Assembly: GCA_021613535.1 (NCBI GenBank)
Contig: CP075493.1
Span: 6,696,001-6,760,000 of the forward strand
Direction: 5' to 3'
Origin: Adineta vaga
Taxonomy: Eukaryota; Animalia; Rotifera
Length of the DNA stretch: 64,000 nt
This document shows positions 30,941 to 45,641 of this stretch, piece after piece (positions within the stretch are counted from its first letter, which is position 1; the number at the start of each line of letters is the position of its first letter). The notes under the pieces were generated by a model. The model was not told the origin of the DNA and searched no databases. It was given only the letters and a program-made list of their open reading frames with translations. A program made the translations under genes and the position numbers.

Positions 30941-32610
30941 TTTAGTAATCAAAGTGATGTATATATCGTTGTTGTTTGTCTGTTGAAATTCAATTGGAAA
31001 TTCGAGAATTATAATAAATGATGTTGAATGAAGCAGAATGAGCATGTTCAAATACGAGACATATACACATAGAAGAATGGCAACGCGTTTGTCTCACCTT
31101 TCGTTTGTCGTCTTTTTCTCTCTCTTGCCTTGACAGTACTATCAATCGTGTTCGCACGTCTTTCGACAAGAGAAACAAAGACAAAAACGCTGTTTACAAC
31201 ATAGAAAAATAGGCGTTAAACAGATGCGTGTCAATTAATCGTTAGTCGTCGACTGACTGTTTGCATCTTCTGAACGTGCTTAAACGATCGCTCGTTTACT
31301 GATTCGATTGCACACGCAAGATTTAATCCTTCTTTTCGAACTATAATCTTACTCTTGCTTTCTTTCTCTCTTTAAATACAATGTCATTTGTTCGTCTCAC
31401 AAGCTCTACGTCAACAATATCTATGAGATAGTTTAGTTCATACGCCCAAATACAAACATTCTACGTGAAAGAAACATACCATCGATAAGACATTAATGTC
31501 GGAACAAGTGGTGGGACTGTAATGGGCAATCGTGCTAAAGAAGAAAAACAATAGTAAATAAAAAGTAAAAGATAGATAGAGAGAGAGAGAGATATTGAAG
31601 GAAGAGAACTAACGAAAACGTAGTAGATTTTCATAAGAATAAGTTAAATCAATCGTTGATGGTTTCTGACGACGAAATAAACCCCAAAAACGACGCGTTC
31701 GCCAGCGAGTTCGATTTGTAGAACGACTTAATGGCATTGATACTTGTATTGAAAATGGTGAACTAAAAATAATCAAGAAAAACTTTCATTTCATTGCATC
31801 ATATCATATAGCGCTAAGTATTCGGAAACCACTATCATTATAAAAAATTAGTAGCTCATATATTTGACCTTAGACACGCACAGGAAAACTTTTCTACATA
31901 GAAGAAAAAGTATATTTTACATTAATAATTTATCAAATGAAGACACTCAAACTTCATTCGAGTTGACGATCGAGATTTTAACCGATGAATATTACCTTGT
32001 CTGTCCTTATATCGATTGACAAAATTCTTCTTTTTCTTTCATCTTTTTCTTTTATTGACAAAATCCACCTGTCTGACATTAAGTTCATCAATCGAAAAAT
32101 TTATCATCAACTTACTAAATTATATGCAATCGATTTGTGACAATACTGACCTTGTGCATAAACATGACCTCTTGCTACTCAGCATGTTTTCAGCTGTGAC
32201 ATGAGAGTGGCACCTTTGATTTCATACACACACACTCTCGCATGCTGCTTTTTTTCTCTCTTTTATCTTGCGTAATACTTTAATATAGAAAGAGAAAACG
32301 CGAGCGTCTCTTTTCTTGTCTTTAGTCAATGTCGCAAACTGGTGCATACATTGAGAGTAACTGAGAAAGAGAGACAGAGAGAAGACAATGAAGAAAGAAA
32401 AAAGAAATGGAACCGATAATTATACATTGATGATTATGTTTAAGTACGAATGAGAATATGAATTTAATTCAATACTTATGTTACTCATTAAACAGAGTAT
32501 CACCATATCTTTCTTAATGTACTTTTGAAAGTTGATATTGATATTTTGTTTATTTTACAATGATCGATTTTTACAAAATTGTAAAAAAAACATACACACA
32601 TGAGAAGAGA

Positions 32611-33871
32611 TCAATCAGATGATGTTTGGCGTAGATTATTACATATTGATTCATAGATACTTAGAGTAATAGCAGTGGAGAGATAAGCTTTGATCAGGCT
32701 TGGTGTTATGCCTTTATAAAGTCCAACAAAACCTTCACTACGAATGATTTCAGAAAAACAATTGGTCATACCAGAATAAACACGTGTCTAAAAGAGAATG
32801 TTTTGATTCAATAATTGTTTATTCTGTTGATTAAAATTATGTACCTGTCCGAATTTTGAACGTGCCTCTTCGAAGGTTACAACTTCAAGACGTTTTTTAG
32901 TTATATCAAATGGATAGACAACAAGTTTAGCGAAGAGACCAGCAGCACCACCATTGGATAGATGTTTTAAAGATTCTATGATTACACGAAAAGAGAAAAG
33001 AATAGAAGTTAATAACAAAAATGAACTACGTATAAACTCACTAACCGAATCGATTAAGTGGTAAATGATCCCATGCTCGATTGAAGAGTTCATAGAAACC
33101 AAATATAAGCGCAGAAACAGGTGCATAAAGAATAATGGCTGGAATCAAGCCACGATAGAATCCACGAAAACCGTCACGAGCCAAGACGAGATTGATTGCT
33201 TGTATATATGATGTATAGATCTAAATAATAGTGAACAATTATCACATACATTTACATGTAATTACAGCTCGAGTTCATTGGATATAAAACTTTATGATTT
33301 ACCTTTGGTTCACCTTGTCCAACAAATCTTGTTCGTAACACATCCAATGGTTGACAACTAACTACACCCACACTCGCAGAAATGCAGCCAGCTATAGAAT
33401 GAACGATGGTTTTTTTGGTTGGTGATGATACTGTATCAGGAAAAAGTTCACCCACTTCTTTAGTCATTTTTTCGAATGCAAACATCTATGAGAATTAATA
33501 GAACTGATTTCTTTATGTTTAAAACTTACTTGTGCAACAGTATATGAAATCGAAAGAATCTGCGCTGCAATATGACCTTTCCAGAAAGCTCGAATACCTT
33601 CTTCATGATGAATTAAACGAATCGTTTGAAATAGACTTTGATATTTAGAACCTGCCTGTTGACGAATTGGTTCAATTTGAAGCTAGATATATTAATATAT
33701 ATACATAGTCGATATTCTATTGAATGACGAAATGTTCAATCCTACTTGAAAACGAATTTTCACAACATCGATGGGTTGTAACAAAAATCGTGCAACAAAA
33801 CCTGATGTCGAGCTCGCAATAAAAATTTGACTATTGGTTAAATTCTTTTTTTTCGGATCATATCCCACCAT
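32611..33871 (-). CDS. SLC25A19: Mitochondrial thiamine pyrophosphate carrier
   Basis: MVGYDPKK start, QPIDVVKIRFQLQIEPI, EEGIRAFWKGHIAAQILS, QPLDVLRTRFVGQGEPK, YPFDITKKRLEV..FEEARSKFGQ. Confidence 0.92.
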
Positions 33872-34066
33872 GATATATTTATATATCTACATAATAAAGT
33901 TATATGTATTTATATATATATATGTGAGAAACTATTCTGGATATTGTCTATGAATTTGTCAATAACGTTGGTTTCTTTTTCTGCTATGGGTTTAATGAAT
34001 GCAAAAAAGAAAAAAGTAAAATAAAAATACAAAACAGAGTCATTCAGAAAATAAAGAACATCAAAT

Positions 34067-35580
<1,514 letters not shown>

Positions 35581-35627
35581 CTAGAATAAATGACGTGATG
35601 TTTTTTTTTTTCGTTCAACAATAGAGT

Positions 35628-36801
35628 TTAATCGCTAGCATCAGCTAAATCAAATTGACCGAAATAACGACCAATTATACATACAAAAAGATCACATGAT
35701 TTTATCAAAGCAGTATCTACAGAATGTTCATTATCAGTTGAATTCTAGAAAAACAATACAATGTTGTTGTCATCAAAATTGATATATTTATAAAGACTTA
35801 CTAATAATTGCATGCGTATTTGTTTCCATGCCAAGCATGTTTGTCGAATTGTAAACATTTCATCTTCACTGATCGGTTTTTCAATCGCTACCAGAGTCGC
35901 ATATGTATACAAAGCCTTAAATAAGAAATCCAATTTCAACACTATTGTCTGAAAAGAAGTATCATACTAGATGTACAGAACATCCACATTGTTTTAACCA
36001 ATCAATTTCATGTTGTAATAATTCGTGAATTTGAGGCTAAATAGGGAATTGCATGGAAAAATGTTAGAAGAAAAATATAGTGTAAGAAAGATTTTACTTG
36101 AGTTAAAATACTCATTTTCGTCATTGTTGGAAACGGATTTTGTATTTGTTGTTGTTCATCCGTTTCTAAAGATGATAGTGGCGATTGAAATGGAATATCA
36201 TCACCAAAGCAAAATTTCCAATAATGATTGGCACTTTTTAATTTTGTATTTTTATATTTTTTATTTCCTGCTCGTATTCGATCACGCATATCGAAGAAAT
36301 CATTTCGTACTTCAGAAAATATTCGACATTGTTCATTTTGCCAATCGATAGGAACAAAATGTTTGGTTGTTTCCTGTGATGCTGAATCCGTTGTCTAGAT
36401 AATAGCAAAAAAAAACTAGAAGAACTTGTCTTAAAGTAAAATATTACAGAAAATAATTTATGCCAAGCATGATTTCTTAAATTCGATGATTGCGTCGGAC
36501 GTTTTCGTCTTTCATTGGCTTTTTGAAAATCGGGCAACCGTGATGCTTGGAAACTAAATGAAATGGATCATTTCTTTATATTTGTGCTATAATTAGCTTT
36601 CAACGAATCAATATAGGTAAACTCAAATGCTTAGTTAGAAAGAAAACATTTGTCATCGTACCGAACCTGTCTTAAATATTCTTCTCCAGTTGTTGGCATT
36701 TTGTTCATATCAATCGGACCGTTCAAGTCATCAGCAGTCGGTAGGACTTGTTTAGATAAACTCTCATCATTATCATCCGATGAATCATTATTTTCAAACA
36801 T
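35628..36801 (-). CDS. GEMIN2: Gem-associated protein 2 (SMN complex)
   Basis: MPTTGEEYLRQVR, LYTYATLVAIEKP..IRQ, C-terminal CDLFVCIIGRYFGQFDLAD (Gemin2 signature RYF.Q.DLAD); stop at 35628. Confidence 0.88.
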
Positions 36802-37059
36802 CTTTAATAGAAAAAAAAAGAGAGAAAGAACGAAAAAAAAGAACAATGAAATAATTCAGAATATTGTTTTTTTTCTTTTGGTATATAACATATCATTAGA
36901 CACAAAGAAAAGGACACGATCATCTGAACGTTGATAACAAACAAAAAACACGAAATGGAATTAACCTAAAGAATGTATATACGTATAGAAAAGATTTTCA
37001 ATCCTTTTCTCTACAGATACATGTTTATTTGAGTTTTGATATGAAAGGAAAGAAAAAAT

Positions 37060-39043
37060 TTATTGTAATTCTTTGTTAAGTTTGTCATGAGCATCGTTTC
37101 GATCATTTTCATTGTCGAACCGTAGTAGGACAAGAGCCAAATCACCTTCTTTCACTTCAGGCATGCCTGGATTTATTTGACATACAAAAGTGAGATCTTT
37201 TGCGGAGTGCTTTTTCACTTCGATAGGTTTGCACCAAAGAATATTCAAATATAATCGACCTAGATTGAAATATATACATATATATATGAAAACATAAGGA
37301 ATATTTTTTTACCGAGTGTATCATCAGATCGAATGATTAATTGATGTTTTCCATTGGTTTCTTTGAGTATAGCTTGCACAGGTCCACGTTTTATTAATTT
37401 ATCACCTTTTTTTACACCCATTCGACATCTAAAGAAAGAATGAAAGTTTTCAAATATGATACAAGTGATTCTCTCAGTAAAAGTCGAGAAATCGAATTAG
37501 TTATAATCATTGACTTCATTTTTTCGAAACAAAAACGACTGTAGACGAAATTTTTGAAATCATTACCTGTATGTTAGTTTAGCATCGGTTTCGTGTTCAA
37601 CCTTTTCTGGTTCTGGTGGTTCACTTGTTTCTATGATGAAAAGAAAAAAGGTTCTATCATGATTTGAATAACTTCTTTTCTTTTAACTTACCATCATCAT
37701 TATCATCTCCTGTACCTTGTTGCTCTGTATTTGCAACTGGAGTTGAGCCGAATAGAAGTTTTAATGGTGGAGCAAAACTTATGGATGATGCTGAACTAGT
37801 CGATGTTTTTTCGGCACTTCCTAGATTACTGAAAGGTGAACTGAACGTTGACTAAAAAGTACAGTTTAATAGATATTAACATCAACAGTAAGCTTTCTCA
37901 TTTTTTACCGTTCCAAATCCTGTCGATGGTATATTGAATGCGAATGGTGATGGGTTAGTTGCTTTCTCTGGCGATGTTGATGCTGCCGGTAGTTTAAAAC
38001 TAAAACCAGTAGAGGGTGACGAGTCGCCAATTGCTGTTAATGGTTTGGAGAAAGTAAAACCAGTGGTAGGTAGTGTATCACTAGTTGTTGTTGTTGCTGC
38101 TGTCGATGATGATGATTTCGAGAAACTAAATCCAGCTGTTGTTAGCGTTGATGATTCAGTCGATGCTGTTTTAGAAAAACTAAAATTAGTCGATGGTACT
38201 GAATCGCTATTTGCTGTTGTTGTTGTTGTTGCTGTTTTTGTAAAGCTAAAGCTAGTAGTATTATTAGTAGTAGTAACGGCAGTATTAGGCGTTGTTGTTG
38301 CTGTTGTTGTTGTTGTTGTTTTAGGAAAGTTTAGAACTGATGATGATGAAGTGGTTGTTGTTGCTGTTATTGGATGAAATTGGAATGATGATGTTGTTGA
38401 TTGAACTGATGTTGCAGTTTTATTAGTAATAGCATTATCTGCTGATATTCCATTTGAATTCTTATCAATTATATGATCAAAATCATGACGTGCAAGTGCT
38501 TCATACACATCAATTGTTTCTTGTAAACATTTAACTATATCTAAAAGTAAGATTTTGTTTTTTGTCATATATATATTTATGTTATTATAATTGCAAGAAA
38601 CCTGAACGAGATTGTTTAAGTCTTGTTTGAAGCCATGGTGAATATTGCAATAAATCATCTTCATAGGTAAAATATTGACGTACATAATCTAGACAATTTC
38701 CAACGAGAACACTATATTGTTCAGCTTCAACTTGCGAAGAAATCGATGCAACAAATTGACGATTTAATTCAAGTAAACGTGGAGGATAGACTTCGATTGT
38801 TTTCTTGTGAAAATCATATACTTTCTACAAAAACGACACAAATAAGATAAAATAATCATAACAATTTGTTTCTAAACCTGTGGAGGTTGTTGTTGTTGTT
38901 GCTGCTGAGCCGATTTTTCTTGTGAAATAGTTTCATCATCTTCGTCTTCTGCATTGACATCATCATTCTTAAAATCAAATATGAAAACAGATGACTAATG
39001 TCATTTTATTGAAAATTGATTCTCTTACTTTTCGTTTTGGCAT
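37060..39043 (-). CDS. NUP50: Nucleoporin NUP50 (N-terminal basic motif, FxF repeats, C-terminal Ran-binding domain)
   Basis: MPKRK start; LLELNRQF..NCLDYVK block; Thr/Ser-rich FSF/FTF repeats; RanBD-like QLIIRSDDTLGRLYLNILW..FVCQINP..LVLLR. Confidence 0.8.
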
Positions 39044-39544
39044 GACGATAATTTCAAAAGTTCAAATCTGAAACAAAAAAAAGGACACTAAACCGCAAAG
39101 AAGAGCATATTGTTCCTATAATTGATAGTAGCGACAAAATAAATAAACAAAAATGTTTCAATAAGAAAGAATCTTATTCATGTCAAATTATTAGAAGATT
39201 ACTTTTATACAAATAAAAAATTTTCTTAGAGATATCCGAAGATGTCGTTAGATTAATGAGATTGTACCAATCAAAATCTAGTTGTGAACATCCATAATGA
39301 TTGAATTAGTAAAACGAAAAGATGTGTTAAAATAATGCACTCATTCTGTCGCTACTTGTTTCGACATCTGTGTTATATAGAACAAACATCTTATTGAATC
39401 ATCGATCGAAGAATTGCCTGACGTCGTCAGATTCTTTCTTCGTATTTGTATGCGTGTCACTTTTGTTATATTATTTCATTTTTCAGACCAACAAGTCTAT
39501 TCAATCTCTATCTTTTCGTAACAACAAAACAAAATAATTCAATC
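39044..39544. promoter_or_regulatory. Putative bidirectional promoter NUP50 / Rab GDI
   Basis: Divergent genes 501 bp apart, each with a 3' acceptor upstream of the ATG; CRE-like TGACGTC at ~39419. Confidence 0.45.
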
Positions 39545-41373
39545 ATGGATGAAGAATATGATGTTATCTTGTTGGGTACCGGTTTAAAAGTAAGAAGAAA
39601 CAAACCACATTAAATTCAGAATATCATTATTTGATTGTCTGAATCATCTAGGAATGTGTGTTAGCTGGTTTACTTGGTGTAGCTGGAAAGAAAATCTTAC
39701 ATATGGATCGAAATAAATATTATGGTGGAGAATCAGCATCGATGACACCTTTGGAAGATGTAACTATCATGATTGTTTGAATATTTTTTAGTTATTATAG
39801 AAAGTTTTTCTTTAGCTCTATGCAAAATTTAATTTTCCACCACCAGAAGGTACAGGACGTGGTCGAGATTGGAATGTTGATTTGATTCCTAAATTTCTTA
39901 TGGCTAATGGTAAATGAAGATGCCGACATAAAATATAATCGAATGACTTTGATTTATTTCTTAGGTCTTTTGGTAAAATTATTAATTCATACAGGTGTCA
40001 CCCGATATCTTGAGTTCAAATGTATTGAAGGTAGTTATGTCTACAAAGGTCAGAAAATTCACAAAGTACCAGCTGATGAACGAGAAGCACTTGGATCATG
40101 TAAGGAAGAAAGGAAATAAAGAGTGTATAGATTGTTCAATCGTTCTTTTTTCTCGCTTTAGCATTGATGGGTCTGTTTGAAAAACGACGATTTCGTAATC
40201 TCCTTGTTTGGATTAATGAATATGATGAAAAAGATCCCAAAACCTATAAAGATGTACCACCAAACACACGTATGATTGATGCATTTAAAAAATTCGGTTT
40301 GGATCAAGATACAATTGATTTTACTGGTCATGCTTTGGCACTTTACAGTGATGATGAGTATGTCTATTGAAAGGACATGGAACTTTTGTAGTTGATAATC
40401 ATATTCATTTAGTTATTTGACAAAACCAGTTGGAGAATCGATCAAACGTATTAAACTCTATAGTGAATCATTAGCACGTTATGGTAAATCACCTTATCTT
40501 TATCCACTCTATGGTCTCGGTGAATTACCACAAGGTTTTGCTCGGTATGTAAATGATACTTTTAAGAATGTGAATGAACATAAGTTTTCATTGATTTTCG
40601 TTTTTTTTATAGTCTAAGTGCTATTTATGGTGGTACATATATGCTTGATAAAGCTGTTGATGAAATTGTTTATGAAAACGGTGTTGTCGTTGGTGTTCGA
40701 TCAGGTGATCAAACAGCTCGTTGTAAAGCTGTTATTTGTGATCCATCTTATGCACCTGATAAAGTAAAAAAAGTTGGTAAAGTTATACGTGCTATTTGTC
40801 TTCTACGCCATCCTGTTAATGTTGGTTCAAATACAGCACCAGGTTCTATTCAAATTATTATTCCTCAAAAACAAGTTCAACGTCATAATGGTACAGACAT
40901 TTTGAAATTAGTTATTGAGAAGAAAATAAACATAATTTCTTTTTCTTCTTTAGATATTTATGTTTGTTGTATGGGTCAAACAAATATGGTTACACCAAAA
41001 GATTGGTATGTTGCATTAGTTAGTACAACAGTTGAAACAAACAATCCAGAAAATGAAATCAAACCTGGTCTAGCACTTCTCGAACCAATCCATCAAAAAT
41101 TTGTTAGTGTCGAGGATTTATATGAACCTATTGAAGATGGAACAAGTAGCAAAGTAAACTAAAGATTAATTTTCTATTTCGAAATTGATTGTTTTATTTT
41201 TCTTTTATTTTTTGTAGCTTTTTATTACAAGTTCATATGATGCAACAACACATTTCGAATCAACATGTCTTGATATTCTCGATGTTTATCGTCGCTATAT
41301 GGGTGAACCGTTTGATTTTACTAAAGTTACACGCGGTCTCGATGCTGAGGATAATCAAGATGGAGCACATTAA
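39545..41373 (+). CDS. GDI: Rab GDP dissociation inhibitor
   Basis: [91 protein letters not shown]. Confidence 0.97.
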
Positions 41374-42227
41374 ATTTCTTTTTTTTTCTATTGGCAATAA
41401 CTTTTTCTTTTCTCTTTCTTTTTTAACAATGTCATTATACATAAGGTCATCTTTTAACATTTGTGATTAGCATTCCATAAAATATTTCTCTATTGGATCA
41501 AGTCTTCTTTTCTGGTTGTGCATTTGACTGAGCCTTTTTTTCTCTCTCTCTCTCTTTCTCTCTCTATTATTATAATTCGACGAGCATTGGTGTTTGTTAT
41601 AAGACAAAGAAAAACAGAATTAAGTCACATATAATTTATCTTTTTATTTCTGATCAATATATTTTTCGATTGAATGTCTCTTGTTGATTGCATAAATAAT
41701 CATCTCATTTGAAATGACGAGACTGTTTAAGATAAAAAGATCTGTTGAATTTCACTCAGGAAAGCACCTTTTATAATACATATTTTCTTTTCATAAAACC
41801 TCTTTTCTATCTATAAAATATTAAAAAAAACAGGTGAATAGAATGCATTTCTATTCTTTCTAATATAAATCTATCGTTCCATTAGTTTAAACAACAATAT
41901 TTTTCACAGATGTCTGTGTAATTCTTGCCATACATGGAAACACTTGTCATTTAATTTATTTCCATGAAATAACTAATCACAAAAAAGAAGCGACATATCG
42001 AGCATCGTTCTTGTTGAATCGAAACGTCTATATACATGTACATTCAATGATAATACTGTGCGTCTTTCTATTGAATGATAAGAACTACGAACAACTGAAA
42101 CATACAACATGAAGAAGAAATCTGAACAAGGTAAGAACATTTTGATAAGATTGCTTGAAAACGCAACGGAAAAATTTTGTAAAATGCTATGGTTATAGAA
42201 TTAACTGCTTGTTGTTCTTGCTGGGAC

Positions 42228-44430
42228 TTAATCACAGACAAATGGATGATTAGAAAGATCTGTTGCGGTTGGTCGTCCTTGATAATCTTTTGTTAAACAT
42301 GCTTGAATAAATTCTCGAGCAAATTTCGAAACATTTTTGGGTAATTCGTATCTAAAGATAAACGATTACATAAGTTAAGATAAGAATGTAGATAGAATTT
42401 TTATTCTTAATTTACTCAGGCTTCTCGGATGTAACGATTTGAAAAATAGCAGCAATTGGTTGAAGATGTTGCCATGGTGGACCGGTTGTTAACACTAGAA
42501 ATTGTACATAAAAGAAAACTAATCCAAACCGAGTTGCTATTCTTACTTTCAATTATAGTGCAACCAAGGCTCCTTAAATATGAAAACAATAAGATAACGA
42601 ATTGCTTTGTCTTCTACGAATATCTTACCAAATATCTGCCTTGCGACCAAAAATATTTCCTTGAATTATTTCTGGTGCTGTCCAATGTGCCGTACCTTAA
42701 AATGAGATAAAATTTTCATAGATTTCATTGAAAAACTTCAAGAATGAGAATCTTATAAAAGTTAGAAACGAAATCTATTGAAACAATGTTCTTTTCTAAT
42801 TATATCTTACCAATAGTACCAGAATTTGCTTGATTATTATTGGTTATAGCAATTAAACGTTTTGATGTACCAAAATCACTTAGTTTGATATTACCTGAGA
42901 TATCTCGTAGAATATTCGCACCTAAAATTCAAAATCATATACATGATTCTTTGAGAAAATTTCAATAAATCTTCATTACATTTGATATCACGATGTATAT
43001 AACGATTTTCATGTAAATAAATAAGACCATTCAATATCTGTTTCGTATATTTTTTCGTTAATTGTTCTGTCAATGCACCATAATTTAATATTTGTTCTCG
43101 AACAGATCCACCGGCCATGTATTCCATGAATATTTGTAAATAATCATCTGTTTCTTCAACACCATAATATCGAACAATACGTTCATGATCCAGTTGTTTA
43201 TAGATATTGATTTCACCTTCGAGAAATTTCACTTCCTAAAATTGATTATTAAACAAACGACTTGAGATAGAGTTTTTTTTATTCAATTTCAATTTACTCG
43301 TGTGGTCTCAGAGTTAATACCCCGAATAGGTATTTGTTTAATTGCTAATTCACTACCAGTATCCACATCATAGCAAAGAAAAACTTTTCCAAAAGCACCT
43401 GTAAAACAAATGAAATGTTTTGCATCGATCACAATAGAAACTTTCCTATACCTTGTCCTAATTGGCGACCAAGTTTCCAATTGGAAGGTGTATGTGGAAC
43501 TAAAATGAAAATGAGTAAGAAATTTTGTTTTCGTGAATAAGTTTTTTTTTAAATACTTTTATCTACAAGAGTAGTACAAGAACATGATAATTGTGATGAA
43601 TAACTACTTCCACTAACATTGGATGATGATGATGTACGTTTAGTATTTGACATAGCTTAAATACAGAAATGAAAATGAATAATTCATCGATGAAAAGATA
43701 AACGATTTACTTCGTAAACGACGTTTAGAATCTTGTTCACTTCCACTCGATTCTCGACTAGTAATCGATGATCCACCACTTGAATATATATCATCAAACT
43801 ATTGGAAATATGAATATATTAAATATTTAATTTTCAAATAAACTAACTGATTCCGGAATAAAAACACCTCCATCATGTGATGTTGTTGATTTCCGGGATG
43901 TGCCCACTTTGAGATGTCGTTTCTGTGGTACAATAGTACCTGGTGGTGGTGATTCAACATCTCTAGTTTGTCCATCATCTAAGATGGTTCCTAAATCTTT
44001 ACTGTGATTTGTTGGCATTTTGGAAGAATTTGTCTTTGTTGTTTTTTTATGTAAGAAAAATGTAAGTTTATTCAATCCATTTACTTCAGCTATGGCACGC
44101 AAATTTTTCAAATCTGCATCGTTTGTGATTGGTAAACGAAGTGCGTCATCTTGCGAAAATAAACAAAGAATATGATTAAGCTCGATTAGAACACGATTGC
44201 CATATAAATCCTCGATAGATTTAAGTAAGTCTGAATAAGTAAATGACTTTGATAAACAACATGCTCGTACTTGACCATCAAGTTCGAATTTCACTGTCTA
44301 TAAATAAAATTAAAGTATTAAACAAACAAATCATTGAATAAACTTTGACTTGTGTAGCCAGGTCTTGCCGATGAATTGCTTGTTTCAAATTCAATTCAAT
44401 CTTTGTTAGCACATCTGCTTGTTTTGCCAT
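42228..44430 (-). CDS. MAP kinase kinase kinase 2/3 (MEKK2/3): PB1 + kinase domain
   Basis: PB1 [19 protein letters not shown]; SPPPG; GGVFIPE; [24 protein letters not shown]; HERIVRYYG; HRDIKCANIL; KLSDFG. Confidence 0.92.
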
Positions 44431-45641
44431 GATCGAATTCAACGTACGATCATAATCTATGAAATCAAATTGATAGAATATATTTTCCGTATGTAAATTT
44501 CATTTCAAAGTCGATGCATATACGATACGAATAACGGAAAAAAACAGGTTAAATTATGCTGAAGTTGTTTCGATCATCCTATTTGGTAGTCAATCACTTG
44601 AAGAGAAAAAATAAAGGAAAAAACAACAAGAGTTCGTTAATCAATATGACTAACAAACATTATTTCATTGAGAAATAAAAGAAAAATATGAATTTTTACA
44701 CAGTGAAATGTCGTTCTACCGGTCGACAGTTTACAAAAACACACACATGTGAGACAATAGAACGCGAAAAGAAAATAAAAACGATTATGTTTTTTTCAAA
44801 TTTTCTTTTCATGTACTTCGCATTTTCGCAGTTGATAATCTAAAGAACAAAGCTCAGTCTATTGTTATTGAAGTGTTACTGGATTGAAGATTAAAGATGA
44901 AATTATTCTCTAAAATGGATTTTCCAGTGATGTACTTAAGCATGTTTTTTCAACTTGAACAAAAAATGAATTTTTTTCTATGCAATTCATAGTTAATTAT
45001 AGACTAACTTGCATAACGGTGAGATATTCCATCGTTTAGATGTGCGTAATAAACAAGTCTAAACAAAACAGTTCTGATATGTAGAGGTAAAAGGAATAAA
45101 TTGTTATATTAAATAGGTTATTGTTTCGTCGACACCTGCACGATCAATCTGACCTAGTTAAGTTCTTTATACCACACATGTGTTAAAAGGTTTGAGAACC
45201 GAAATCATATTCAAATTTAACCATTTCATATATTAAAGTTAATATATTTCGTTATTTTTTTTGTATGTTCGTAAAAACATATGATATAAAAAATAAAGAC
45301 ACAAGGGTGTCAACTGGTCCCATCATATACATAACAATGTAGATTTTAGTCTGAGTATGACAGGTTTTCTGCATTTTCAGTCCAATCGACTGGTGAATAA
45401 AACGATTTGTTTTCAAAATGAAGAAATGTACTATGAATGTATCAGAGATCTCAGGATCAGTAGATGATTAGATTGGTATGTGCCGGCATATCAACAACCA
45501 CCTTCGATAGTTACACAAATACTTATCCTCAGAGATAAAGATTTATCATTTTTGTGAAATCTATGTGCTTTATTAGAATGAGAAAAAACTACGTACAGAA
45601 AAGAAAAGTAAAGTCTATTTGATAATTAGCTGGTCTTTCAT

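Noticed and set aside
31690-31720. GAGTTCGA B-box-like motif (tRNA/SINE?)
   Set aside because: No cloverleaf or A-box could be built.
37934-38377. 147-aa Val-rich + strand ORF
   Set aside because: Antisense shadow of the Thr-rich NUP50 exon.
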